The notes under the pieces are model-generated. The model did no database searches. It had not been told where the DNA came from and saw nothing but the letters and a program-made list of their open reading frames with translations. The position numbers were made by a program, and so were the translations under genes. From Bdellovibrionales bacterium (GTDB taxonomy: Bacteria; Bdellovibrionota; Bdellovibrionia; Bdellovibrionales; UBA1609), in assembly GCA_965199825.1 (NCBI GenBank), contig OZ241329.1, positions 32,001-96,000 of the forward strand: a DNA stretch of 64,000 bases. Reading direction: 5' to 3'. Positions 1 through 9,929 of this stretch are shown piece after piece (the stretch's first letter is position 1; each line of letters starts with the position of its first letter).

Positions 1-51
1 TGAATCCTCCTAAAATCAAAAGGGTAAAAACAACATCAGTGGGTTTAAAAA

Positions 52-2162
<2,111 letters not shown>

Positions 2163-2210
2163 CGAAAAAGCGGTGTAGAACGCTTTTTGCTAAAAGTCTA
2201 TTGAGGTGTT

Positions 2211-2231
2211 TGAAAAGGCTATTCAGCCTTT
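2211..2231 (-). terminator. Probable intrinsic terminator after the DUF3332-like gene
   Basis: Minus strand reads AAAGGCT-GAAT-AGCCTTT followed by a short T run, just after the stop at 2241. Confidence 0.45.
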
Positions 2232-2260
2232 GCAATTGGGCTATTCAGCCTTTGCGATTT
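2217..2260. repeat. 22-bp tandem duplication of the gene 3' end
   Basis: GGCTATTCAGCCTTTGCAATTG (2217-2238) followed by GGCTATTCAGCCTTTGCGATTT (2239-2260). Confidence 0.85.
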
Positions 2261-2771
2261 GGCTGTCATTCCAAAGAGCGTGGGTCTTGATGGTCTCACC
2301 TTTTTTATTGTAGAGGCTCAAAACAGGGATTTGGGTGATATCGGAGATGGTCCCTTTGAGTAGACCGTCCACGATCACATCGATCTTAAAATTTTCGATT
2401 TCGCGCAAAACCATTGTTTCAAGCGGTTTGCCCTGTTCTGAAATCCGAATGGTCGACTCGCGCAGTTTGTTATTGAACCGATGCTCGACCACATAGGTCT
2501 TGGTTCCATGATTAAAATTGTAAGTGCCTGCAGCCATACGGCCATTCCAAAAATCCATGGTGTTATTGAGCACCACATCCACCAGCATCGTCACCGCAAA
2601 GACCACTGAGGTCAAAATGTAAAGGACCACGCGAATGATCACTTCTTGCTTATTCACAAATGAAGCGTATTGCCGGGTGAGTTTAAAACTTCCCGAGACA
2701 CATCCGGTAAGACCCAAGATAAAAGACGCCCATAAGGAAACCGCTAAATACGAAATTTTTTTGTTTGTCAT
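2241..2771 (-). CDS. DUF3332-like lipoprotein
   Basis: Lipobox LTGC, then GSFKLTR, and the DVVLNNTMDFWNG motif typical of DUF3332. Confidence 0.7.
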   Translation of the reverse strand: MTNKKISYLAVSLWASFILGLTGCVSGSFKLTRQYASFVNKQEVIIRVVLYILTSVVFAVTMLVDVVLNNTMDFWNGRMAAGTYNFNHGTKTYVVEHRFNNKLRESTIRISEQGKPLETMVLREIENFKIDVIVDGLLKGTISDITQIPVLSLYNKKGETIKTHALWNDSQIAKAE

Positions 2772-2838
2772 GAAGCGATCATATCGAATCGGCCAAGAAC
2801 GCCAAATCCTTTCATCAATTCTAGACTGCAGTCTGTGC

Positions 2839-4059
2839 TCAGTGCGGAATTGAGCTTACCAAGACATCGTAAACACCGGCTTGATAAACTGGATCTTTAA
2901 AACAAGTTCCTTTAGCAGTGAGCACGTCGGTGACGGTGACGCGAGTCTGGCCATAAAGCGATTTGCAGCTTAAACAATTTAAGTTTGTAGAAGTACAAAA
3001 TGCTCTGGCACTTTGGCGTTGGCAGTAACCGAGGTTTACCAATCCATGTGCTTGGAGAATAGCGCTCCCCATAGTGTAGGACGAGACAACTCCCCCACCG
3101 GGTTGAATGGTGCCCGAGCTAGACGTGAGCGAAGTATCATATGCTCCTTGTGCACAATAAAAATTGGTAAAGTTTTGGCAAGCCGAGGTGGTATTGCCAT
3201 CACAACTTTTTTGCAGCCCTTGAAGGCACTGCGAAGAATTGAGCATGGGTTGACCAATGCCGACTCGTTGTAAACACACAGGACCAGAAAGTGCGATGGT
3301 TGCACCGTTAACCGATGCGGTTGAGAGCGCACTTTTAGAAAGTGTGGTGAGTCCTGTTGCAGCGGTCTGGGTGGTTGGTGCTGTTGCTGTTGGTGCGGTG
3401 TATCCCGAAGGGGTTACTGCAACATCGGATGTTGGTGTTGCGGCATTTGGAGCTGTGGGATTTATTATTCTTGGTTGAGTGGGAGTGGGCGTTGTTGTGG
3501 ACGAATCTTGAGAACTTGATGACGAGCCGAATGCTTTCGACAGATTTTGAACCGCAGCAGAACCCATTTGGGCGATCATCATATTTGAAATTTCGCCGCC
3601 GGTTTCGCTCGCATTGATTGTTCCAAGAGTGTTGCAATAGGTAAGAAGACGGGTCGCCTCAGCTAAATTTTTGGTTTGGGCTGCCACGAGTGCCGGTTGA
3701 GGTGGGGCCGGCAGAGGAGCACTGATTGTCGCTTTCGAAGCGGTACACACAGATACGCATTGTCCTTTGATCGCTTGAAATTGGGCAAGCTGTGCGGCTC
3801 CTGCTGATTTTCCTGCACTTGCCAGAGCCCCAAGCTCACCCGAGCTTCCACTTATACTATTTGCCGCGCGATATTGGGCGGCGACACTTTCACTGTTGCC
3901 AAATCGCACCGCCAAGTACTGGTTGTACCCCGTGCTAATTGTTTTGTAACAGTTGTTGAGAGCAGCCGTAGCGTTGGGCTGTGCTGCATCCATGTTTGGA
4001 GGCAATGCCATCGGAATGTATTCGATAGCAAAAGCTAGAGATAAAAATAGTAAGACCAC
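2839..4059 (-). CDS. Secreted Cys-rich hypothetical protein with a Thr/Pro/Ser linker
   Basis: 406-aa ORF with a signal peptide, 14 Cys and a central low-complexity T/P/S tract. Confidence 0.75.
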   Translation of the reverse strand: MVLLFLSLAFAIEYIPMALPPNMDAAQPNATAALNNCYKTISTGYNQYLAVRFGNSESVAAQYRAANSISGSSGELGALASAGKSAGAAQLAQFQAIKGQCVSVCTASKATISAPLPAPPQPALVAAQTKNLAEATRLLTYCNTLGTINASETGGEISNMMIAQMGSAAVQNLSKAFGSSSSSQDSSTTTPTPTQPRIINPTAPNAATPTSDVAVTPSGYTAPTATAPTTQTAATGLTTLSKSALSTASVNGATIALSGPVCLQRVGIGQPMLNSSQCLQGLQKSCDGNTTSACQNFTNFYCAQGAYDTSLTSSSGTIQPGGGVVSSYTMGSAILQAHGLVNLGYCQRQSARAFCTSTNLNCLSCKSLYGQTRVTVTDVLTAKGTCFKDPVYQAGVYDVLVSSIPH

Positions 4060-4139
4060 ATCTAAAGTGTATCAGCTTCTCGAGATTGCTAAAATTGAAT
4101 CTCATTTTGGGCCAAGCTTTGGTCGCATAAGGATTGTGG

Positions 4140-4168
4140 TTGACCAAAAGCCGCCGAGTGATTAATTT
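4140..4168 (+). promoter_or_regulatory. Sigma70-like promoter of tRNA-Leu
   Basis: TTGACC-17 nt-TAATTT ending 15 nt upstream of the tRNA. Confidence 0.5.
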
Positions 4169-4183
4169 TTGGCGCTTCTCCCT

Positions 4184-4269
4184 GCACGCGTGGCGAAATG
4201 GCAGACGCACTACCTTGAGGTGGTAGCGCTCGAAAGGGCATGGTGGTTCAAGTCCACTCGCGTGCACCA
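4184..4269 (+). tRNA. tRNA-Leu (anticodon GAG)
   Basis: Acceptor stem GCACGCG/CGCGTGC, anticodon arm CTACC-TTGAGGT-GGTAG, long variable arm, GGTTCAAGTCC T-arm and encoded CCA. Confidence 0.97.
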
Positions 4270-4325
4270 ATTTTAAAAATTACGGTTCGCACAAGCCCGC
4301 GTATGCGACTTCGTAAATGCGCTCA
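4261..4325 (+). repeat. Diverged direct repeat, copy 1 (tRNA 3' end plus downstream hairpin)
   Basis: The 48-nt core 4278-4325 matches 5693-5740 at 38/48 positions, preceded by CGTGCACCA here and CGTGGACCA in copy 2. Confidence 0.8.
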
Positions 4326-4411
4326 CATTAAAGTTTAAAAGATTTGCATGTTTTGTTGCAACGTCATCAACAGAGTTGTGATTGCGAATTTCGGTATTGT
4401 CGCATCTCAAA

Positions 4412-5218
4412 TCAATGTCGATGATGGGCACGATGATGACCCGAACACAAAATCGTCAGATTCTCGATTTCATCTGTACCACCCTGTGATTTTGGATGTT
4501 GATGATGGATATCAAGATGTCTTTGCTGCGTGCATCTTTCACCATTTTCATCGATGTGGGTACATTGACTGTTGTGTTGCTGATGGAGCTTACGGTTGAT
4601 TGTGAGTTTCGAAGAGCTTTTGGGCGGGCACGATTTTTTGAGCGGATCCATTTTCTTAAGTAATAGTTGTGTTGCGTGATCGTGCACATCTTGGATGGTA
4701 GCAGCGCGTTTTAGTTTTTGACTTAAAAGATCTTGGGCTCTTTGAATCTCTTTAAATTTATCTTCGCTCACCGCATAAGTGATTTGGATCAAGGTTGTTT
4801 CGCCCACCTGTTTGTATCGTGCCCGCTCAGGGATTGCTTTTTCGGGATGCGCCTTTGCAATTTGTTTTTCTAAATTTCTTTTTGTGCCCTTGGCATGTTC
4901 GCACCATTCAAGCACATTTTCTGGAGTGATAATACTTGCGATGCGGTTAATTTTAGAAACAGAAAGTTCGCCCGTTTCCATTTGAGTTTTAAGTTCAGGA
5001 ACTTCAGTAAATTTCTTGGCGAGTTTATTAAAGATGCTTGCAAGCTCTTCTGACATTTTGAGTTGCTTTGTCGAGTATTGAAAAAGCGAATGACAGCCAA
5101 ATTCGTAATAACTTTTGTTGCGCCACACTTGCTCTAAAGCATTCAGCAATTCCATTTCGGTTTTGCGATGGTTCTTTGCTGCGATCACTGCGGTCTCGTG
5201 AATTTTTTGGTGGCTCAT
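4412..5218 (-). CDS. HNH endonuclease with a long helical N-terminal region (DUF222-like HNH family of Bdellovibrionota/Myxococcota)
   Basis: C-terminal C-x9-C ... HH-x6-GG-x5-NL-x2-LC-x2-HH HNH/Zn motif; AGGAG RBS upstream. Confidence 0.88.
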   Translation of the reverse strand: MSHQKIHETAVIAAKNHRKTEMELLNALEQVWRNKSYYEFGCHSLFQYSTKQLKMSEELASIFNKLAKKFTEVPELKTQMETGELSVSKINRIASIITPENVLEWCEHAKGTKRNLEKQIAKAHPEKAIPERARYKQVGETTLIQITYAVSEDKFKEIQRAQDLLSQKLKRAATIQDVHDHATQLLLKKMDPLKKSCPPKSSSKLTINRKLHQQHNSQCTHIDENGERCTQQRHLDIHHQHPKSQGGTDEIENLTILCSGHHRAHHRH

Positions 5219-5677
5219 TAAATATCTCCTATTTACTGAGTTAAATATAACATGAGTTTTTTTAAGAGCATTTTTGATGGGGCTCGTCTGGTTGTGGAGA
5301 TCAAGTTTTTGCCGAAGTGTTTGGCTTAAGGTGCGTTTGTGAAGTGAATGTGCTTCAAAAAAGAATCGGATGTTTTCAAAAACAAGACCTTGGGCATTTT
5401 AAGCCACCTAAATTTGCGTCAATTTTTTTTTTGGGCGGGCACGATAATTTATCAATCCAAATAATGGCCACAACAAATTTCTAGTTCCCACGCCGTGGGT
5501 CCAATCCCACTCACTACTGTAGACTTCTTTTTTCGCAAGGATTGCTAAAACGAGAGGCGATTTCCTCTATGATCAAACGTAGGCTTGCCAGCTGAGTTAA
5601 ATCAACTTTGACACCATTCCATCGCAACAATACCGTTATAACTGCTTGCATCTAGCATTTCACCTGCTTGTACGTTA

Positions 5678-5740
5678 CGTGGACCAACTTAGAATTACGG
5701 TTTGCACAACACTGAGTATGCAACTTTGTATGTGCTCTCA
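5678..5740 (+). repeat. Diverged direct repeat, copy 2
   Basis: CGTGGACCAAC...AATTACGGTTTGCACAACACTGAGTATGCAACTTTGTATGTGCTCTCA, similar to 4261-4325. Confidence 0.8.
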
Positions 5741-5768
5741 AAACAACGAATAAAACAATTTTTAAATT

Positions 5769-6217
5769 CTAATGGTTGCGAGGCTCAGACCCACGAGCAA
5801 AAAGTTTATCTTTTTTTAGAAAAGCATTGATACCCCTTACGTAGGGATTCCAAAGTCATCGCTCAGCTTCATCGGGTTTGATGGTCTTTTCCATTTTCAT
5901 AACCGCATCATCATAGTTTCCAGCCAATGCAGTGCTTTGACCGCTATGCCATACGAGAAGATCCCATTGCCATTTTTAGAGCACATTGAGGTGACGAGAT
6001 GTGTAAGCATCAAGAAGTTCACGAACAAGTTGCGGGCACGATTGATACTTTCGCCAGCCGCCGCTTGGAAGTGATTGATCAAACGAATCAAAATCAAATT
6101 GAGTAATTCCACTTGCTCTGACTTTGAAATTTGGCATGACTCATGGTTCGAAATATCCTGTCTTATGGCCGTGTGCGAACAGGCGTTAAGAAGAAAAATA
6201 TTTAACAATAAAAACAT
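5769..6217 (-). pseudogene. Disrupted lipoprotein gene
   Basis: Starts with a lipoprotein signal (LLNAC). Protein-like sequence continues in another frame after ~6095 (FDQSLPSGGWRKY...LLVWHSGQ...WNPYVRG..AFLKKD) with in-frame stops at 5976-5978 and 5856-5858. Confidence 0.6.
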
Positions 6218-6253
6218 AGTCGCTTTCGAGTCCACCCAGACCAAAGAAAAAAA

Positions 6254-6592
6254 TTATTTTTTAGTTTTAGTCTTTTGATAGCGCTCAAGTAAACGCGATC
6301 CCTTCTCTGCAAGTTTTTTTGCAGCCGCCATTGTTTTTGGAACAGCCTCACCCCAGGCATGTGCCGAAAGTGCAAGTCGTGTTGGGTTGCCGTCTTTGTC
6401 TTTCATTGGTCCACGTGGGTTTGCAAAATGCCTGCGCAAAAAAGAACCTTTGCGACGCATTTTTTCTGGCGTGTCGGCTTTGCCCGTCACACCGGGTTTT
6501 AGATTTGCGCCCGTTTTCTTTTTAAATTCTTTGCGACCCGCTTCGGTGAGACCGCCTTTAGGATTTTTTGTCTGCTTCTTTTTTGTAGCCAT
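6254..6592 (-). CDS. Small basic protein, DUF6321-like
   Basis: KNPKGGLTEAGR...LKPGV...RRKGSFLRRHF...PTRLALSAHAWGE; very Lys/Arg rich; AAGGA RBS. Confidence 0.75.
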   Translation of the reverse strand: MATKKKQTKNPKGGLTEAGRKEFKKKTGANLKPGVTGKADTPEKMRRKGSFLRRHFANPRGPMKDKDGNPTRLALSAHAWGEAVPKTMAAAKKLAEKGSRLLERYQKTKTKK

Positions 6593-6750
6593 GGTGAATC
6601 CTTTTAATCAGTTGAGTAGCTAATGTAATAAAAAACGCGATAAACAAAATTCGGGAGTTTTTATAACTCCACCTTCTGAATTAATCCAGACATATTAAGT
6701 CTTTCCTTTGTGATTGATATTTAAAATTTGATCCGCTTAAATTTAAAGTT

Positions 6751-7314
6751 ATGAAATACACTTTATTGTTTTCGTTTATGATGTGGACTTCTCCTCTTTT
6801 TGCAGCGGCATGGGGTCAGCAAGAACAAGATGGATTTTTGGCTTTGGTGGAAGCTGGATTTGATCCTGACGAGATGGATGATCGATCCTTGCGCGAAGCC
6901 GGATTGCTAAAACTTTATCAGTCGGCGTGGAATGATTTTGATCCCAATGAAAACCAAAGTTCTAATCCTAAAAAAATAATTTCTTATTATGCCGATGATT
7001 TTATTTATCGCGATACCTGTGTTCCACATGGGCTCACTACTCCAGCAAAATTCGATAAATATCTCAAACTTTTATATACCAAATATCCGCGACAAGTTTG
7101 GGGCGATGGTTGGAGTCAGATTCATCTCTTTAAAGGATCAAAACCTGGTGAGTGGGCCTACTACTATAATTTTTATTTATACAATTCCAAGGATACAGAA
7201 CCTGCATTGAGTGGTACTGGAATGGAACGCGTTCAATTCAATGAAGCCGGCAAACTCCTCAGTGATGAGGTCCATCTCATACTGAGCTCGGGTCAGGCCA
7301 CCTGCAAATTCTAA
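6751..7314 (+). CDS. Secreted NTF2/SnoaL-like protein
   Basis: Signal peptide, YYADDFIYRD, and a C-terminal GMERVQFNEAGKL pattern typical of the SnoaL fold. Confidence 0.6.
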   Translation: MKYTLLFSFMMWTSPLFAAAWGQQEQDGFLALVEAGFDPDEMDDRSLREAGLLKLYQSAWNDFDPNENQSSNPKKIISYYADDFIYRDTCVPHGLTTPAKFDKYLKLLYTKYPRQVWGDGWSQIHLFKGSKPGEWAYYYNFYLYNSKDTEPALSGTGMERVQFNEAGKLLSDEVHLILSSGQATCKF

Positions 7315-7394
7315 ATGTTTGAATATTTTTTTATCAAACAGATTTTATTAAACTAAATATTGTAAAGACAGATTCGGTCATTTAACTGCCAGGT

Positions 7395-8063
7395 ATGGTG
7401 TTCATCTCTCTTTTGTTTTTGAATTTCGCTTTTGCCCATTCTCCCTGTTTGGATCCACTCAGTGCGATCAGACCACAAGTTGTTTTGGCTACAGCTCTTA
7501 AACGCAGCCACACAAAATTTGAAACCGCTCCAGCATATTCTGTGGTTAAAAAAACCACGCCGGTGGGGATGCTTATAGCTCCAAGTTTGTGGGACCTAGT
7601 GAAGAGCGAACACTTTACTCTTCATGTCAGACCGGCTTCAACACTGACTGTGAGTGCGACGAGTATTTTTCAAAATTTAGGCCTTTACGATGCTGTGATT
7701 TACACCGATAAAAAAGAAAAAATTGAGGCCGTGTTGCTTCATCCGGAACTCTTGGATTGGAAAAGCTACGATCTTAATCAGAACGATTGGTCTTTTAATA
7801 GATTTACAAACGAACTTCCGCTCGCGATGAAAACGGTACTGCTCGAGAACAAAATTTTAAAACTGACTCATCGACACAAATTGCCGTTATTGGTTCGTAA
7901 ATTAGCGACAGACGAACTTCCTCCACAGGCGATCACGGCTGCTGAGTTTAAAACTGAAATTTTCCGTCTGCTTAATCAAGTGACTGAGACCAATTCTCCA
8001 GTATTTTTTAAAATACAAGGCAGCTATGTCGGTGTTTATCCCGATTCGCCTGAATTCAATTGA
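7395..8063 (+). CDS. Secreted hypothetical protein
   Basis: 222-aa ORF with an AFA signal peptide; no family recognised. Confidence 0.6.
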   Translation: MVFISLLFLNFAFAHSPCLDPLSAIRPQVVLATALKRSHTKFETAPAYSVVKKTTPVGMLIAPSLWDLVKSEHFTLHVRPASTLTVSATSIFQNLGLYDAVIYTDKKEKIEAVLLHPELLDWKSYDLNQNDWSFNRFTNELPLAMKTVLLENKILKLTHRHKLPLLVRKLATDELPPQAITAAEFKTEIFRLLNQVTETNSPVFFKIQGSYVGVYPDSPEFN

Positions 8064-8530
8064 GCCTCAATCTGTGAACGAAGGTTGAGCGGATCCACAC
8101 GCGAAGCAAATCGCGACACCACCTCACCCTTTTGCGAAATCAAAAATTTAGTAAAATTCCATTTTATAAATTTTGTTCCAAACAAACCTGGCTTTTGATC
8201 TTTGAGCCACTTGTAGATTGGATCAGCTTTTGGGCCGTTGACATTGATCTTTGCTAAAACCGGAAAGGTCACCGCAAAGTGGGTTTTGCAAAAGTTTTGA
8301 ATCTCTTTGTTGCTGCCCGATTCTTGAGCGCCAAACTGATTGCATGGAAATCCAAGTACAACAAAGCCTTTTGACTGATAATCTTTGTAGAGCTGCTCAA
8401 GCTCCTTGTACTGCTTTGTAAATCCACAGCGGCTAGCCACATTGACAATCAATATCACTTTTTTGCGGTAGGTTTTGAGTGAGAGTTTTGATCCGTCGCT
8501 TTTTTTAACATCAAAGTCGTAGAGCTTCAT
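8036..8530 (-). CDS. Glutathione peroxidase
   Basis: NVASRCGFT, LGFPCNQF and KWNFTKFL motifs. Confidence 0.95.
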   Translation of the reverse strand: MKLYDFDVKKSDGSKLSLKTYRKKVILIVNVASRCGFTKQYKELEQLYKDYQSKGFVVLGFPCNQFGAQESGSNKEIQNFCKTHFAVTFPVLAKINVNGPKADPIYKWLKDQKPGLFGTKFIKWNFTKFLISQKGEVVSRFASRVDPLNLRSQIEAQLNSGESG

Positions 8531-8602
8531 CCTTCATTCAGACCATTAGGCTTTAAGAAAAGCAACTGACTCTGCAGGAGTTTTGATTTAGTTCTCGTCG
8601 CC

Positions 8603-9556
8603 ATGACATGGATTGCATTTTTAGTTATTGCCGCTTTTGCCCAAACCAGCACAAGTAAACTGATCACATCGCCCGCAGATTCGGATGAGGTGGATCAAAC
8701 CGATCAGATTGTAACAAACAAAATGATGCGCGCCCAGATCGGTTCACTCTCAAAATTTTCGGTTAAGTTAAGCTCGACCTACAATGCGGGCTCCTTACAA
8801 AATCCACTTGATCCGCCAAGGCCCAACATCGCAGGCACAAACAATGATCCTGTGGGTTTGCAATCGCTTGGTGGCTCAGTTGGGGTGCGCTACCGCTTGA
8901 ATCAAACAAGTTCGATTGGACTGAGCGGTGGATTCAATATGATGACTCCATTTCATGGGGCCTACACCGCAAAGAATTCGCAAACTCAACAAAGCTTTGA
9001 TCGCTATCATCAGCACATTGACTTAAGTAATCCAAACTTCAGCTACTCCACCGTTTTTAAATGGCAACAGACTTCAAATGTGATTTCGGTTGGTGAAACT
9101 GTTCAGACCAGCGAAGGCTTGAGAGACAACGGCTATTTGACCAATACTGGGGTTTCTCACACGATCGCTTACGAAATTCCCGAAACGAGCATGACCGCCA
9201 TCTTTTCGAGTTCGGTTGGATTCAATATTTTTGATAAGCCAGCGTCGACCCCCACCGAAGATTCACAAACTTTGGGAGCGGTACAAAATCTTTATCAACT
9301 TGGCATGTCACCCACACTTGAGTACCGCATCACCGACCGTCTAGCTGCGCGAGGCCAAATTATTTTTACCGCCTACCATGTGAGAGATGGTTCAAACTTA
9401 AGCACACTGAAGTTAGAGCGCATTTTTGAAAACGTGGGCTTAGGTATTGGTATTACAAGAGATATTTATTTATTTCCGAGTGTTTCTTTTTTGGCCGATG
9501 ATCTTCGCTCGGATCGCTCGAATGTGTCGCTTTCAGCAGACTTAAGTATTTTTTAA
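8603..9556 (+). CDS. Outer-membrane beta-barrel protein, Bdellovibrio major OMP (PopA/Bd0427)-like
   Basis: Signal peptide, amphipathic strands and terminal Phe. The DQIVTNKMMRAQIGSLSKFS, RPNIAG, GVRYRLN and ITRDIYLFP segments resemble the Bdellovibrio major OMP as I recall it. Confidence 0.65.
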   Translation: MTWIAFLVIAAFAQTSTSKLITSPADSDEVDQTDQIVTNKMMRAQIGSLSKFSVKLSSTYNAGSLQNPLDPPRPNIAGTNNDPVGLQSLGGSVGVRYRLNQTSSIGLSGGFNMMTPFHGAYTAKNSQTQQSFDRYHQHIDLSNPNFSYSTVFKWQQTSNVISVGETVQTSEGLRDNGYLTNTGVSHTIAYEIPETSMTAIFSSSVGFNIFDKPASTPTEDSQTLGAVQNLYQLGMSPTLEYRITDRLAARGQIIFTAYHVRDGSNLSTLKLERIFENVGLGIGITRDIYLFPSVSFLADDLRSDRSNVSLSADLSIF

Positions 9557-9813
9557 TCCGATTCCTTAGCCTCAAGCTTTTTCTTGTACATGGTTTGAAG
9601 CGCCTCAATTTCCTTTTGATGTTTCACATCTTGCTCGGACAATCGCTTGTTATCGTGCGACCGAATCTGTTCGATCTCTTTTTGACTCTGCTCTTGAAGA
9701 CGCGTGAGGCTTGTCTGATTTTCCTTTTTTAATTTTTTGATTTCATCAGAGTGAGCCTTGTCGCGCTCGATCTCATGTTGAGAATTGATTTGTGAGTTTT
9801 GTATGGTGCTCAT
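9553..9813 (-). CDS. Small coiled-coil hypothetical protein
   Basis: 86-aa Q/E/K-rich ORF filling the gap between two genes. Confidence 0.5.
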   Translation of the reverse strand: MSTIQNSQINSQHEIERDKAHSDEIKKLKKENQTSLTRLQEQSQKEIEQIRSHDNKRLSEQDVKHQKEIEALQTMYKKKLEAKESD

Positions 9814-9929
9814 TTTTTAAGTGTGGCTGGTCGGGATGCCAATTGCAATTTTCCAATGTTCTGCTAGGTTAAAGCCGAGTCTAACGATCGTTGGCTTAAA
9901 TCCTTAAATCTTCGAATCTGGAGCGGCGT

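Noticed and set aside
2163..2190. Possible preQ1-I riboswitch directly before queA (minus strand AAGCG-TTCTACAC-CGCTT hairpin)
   Set aside because: The loop resembles preQ1-I but is shorter, and the required A-rich 3' tail is absent (T run then ATG). More likely a promoter-proximal or terminator-like hairpin.
5486..5510. tRNA T-arm-like fragment GTGGGTCCAATCCCAC
   Set aside because: No acceptor or anticodon arm, no TTC, and no match to the local tRNA-Leu; too short to call.
4395..5635. Possible terminal inverted repeats CGGTATTGTCGC / GCAACAATACCG around the HNH gene
   Set aside because: Only 11 of 12 nt match, with no target-site duplication or transposase; could be chance.
4261..5740. Integron attC sites or CRISPR repeats
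   Set aside because: Only two diverged copies 1.4 kb apart, no RYYYAAC/GTTRRRY ends, no regular spacers, and no intI or cas genes.
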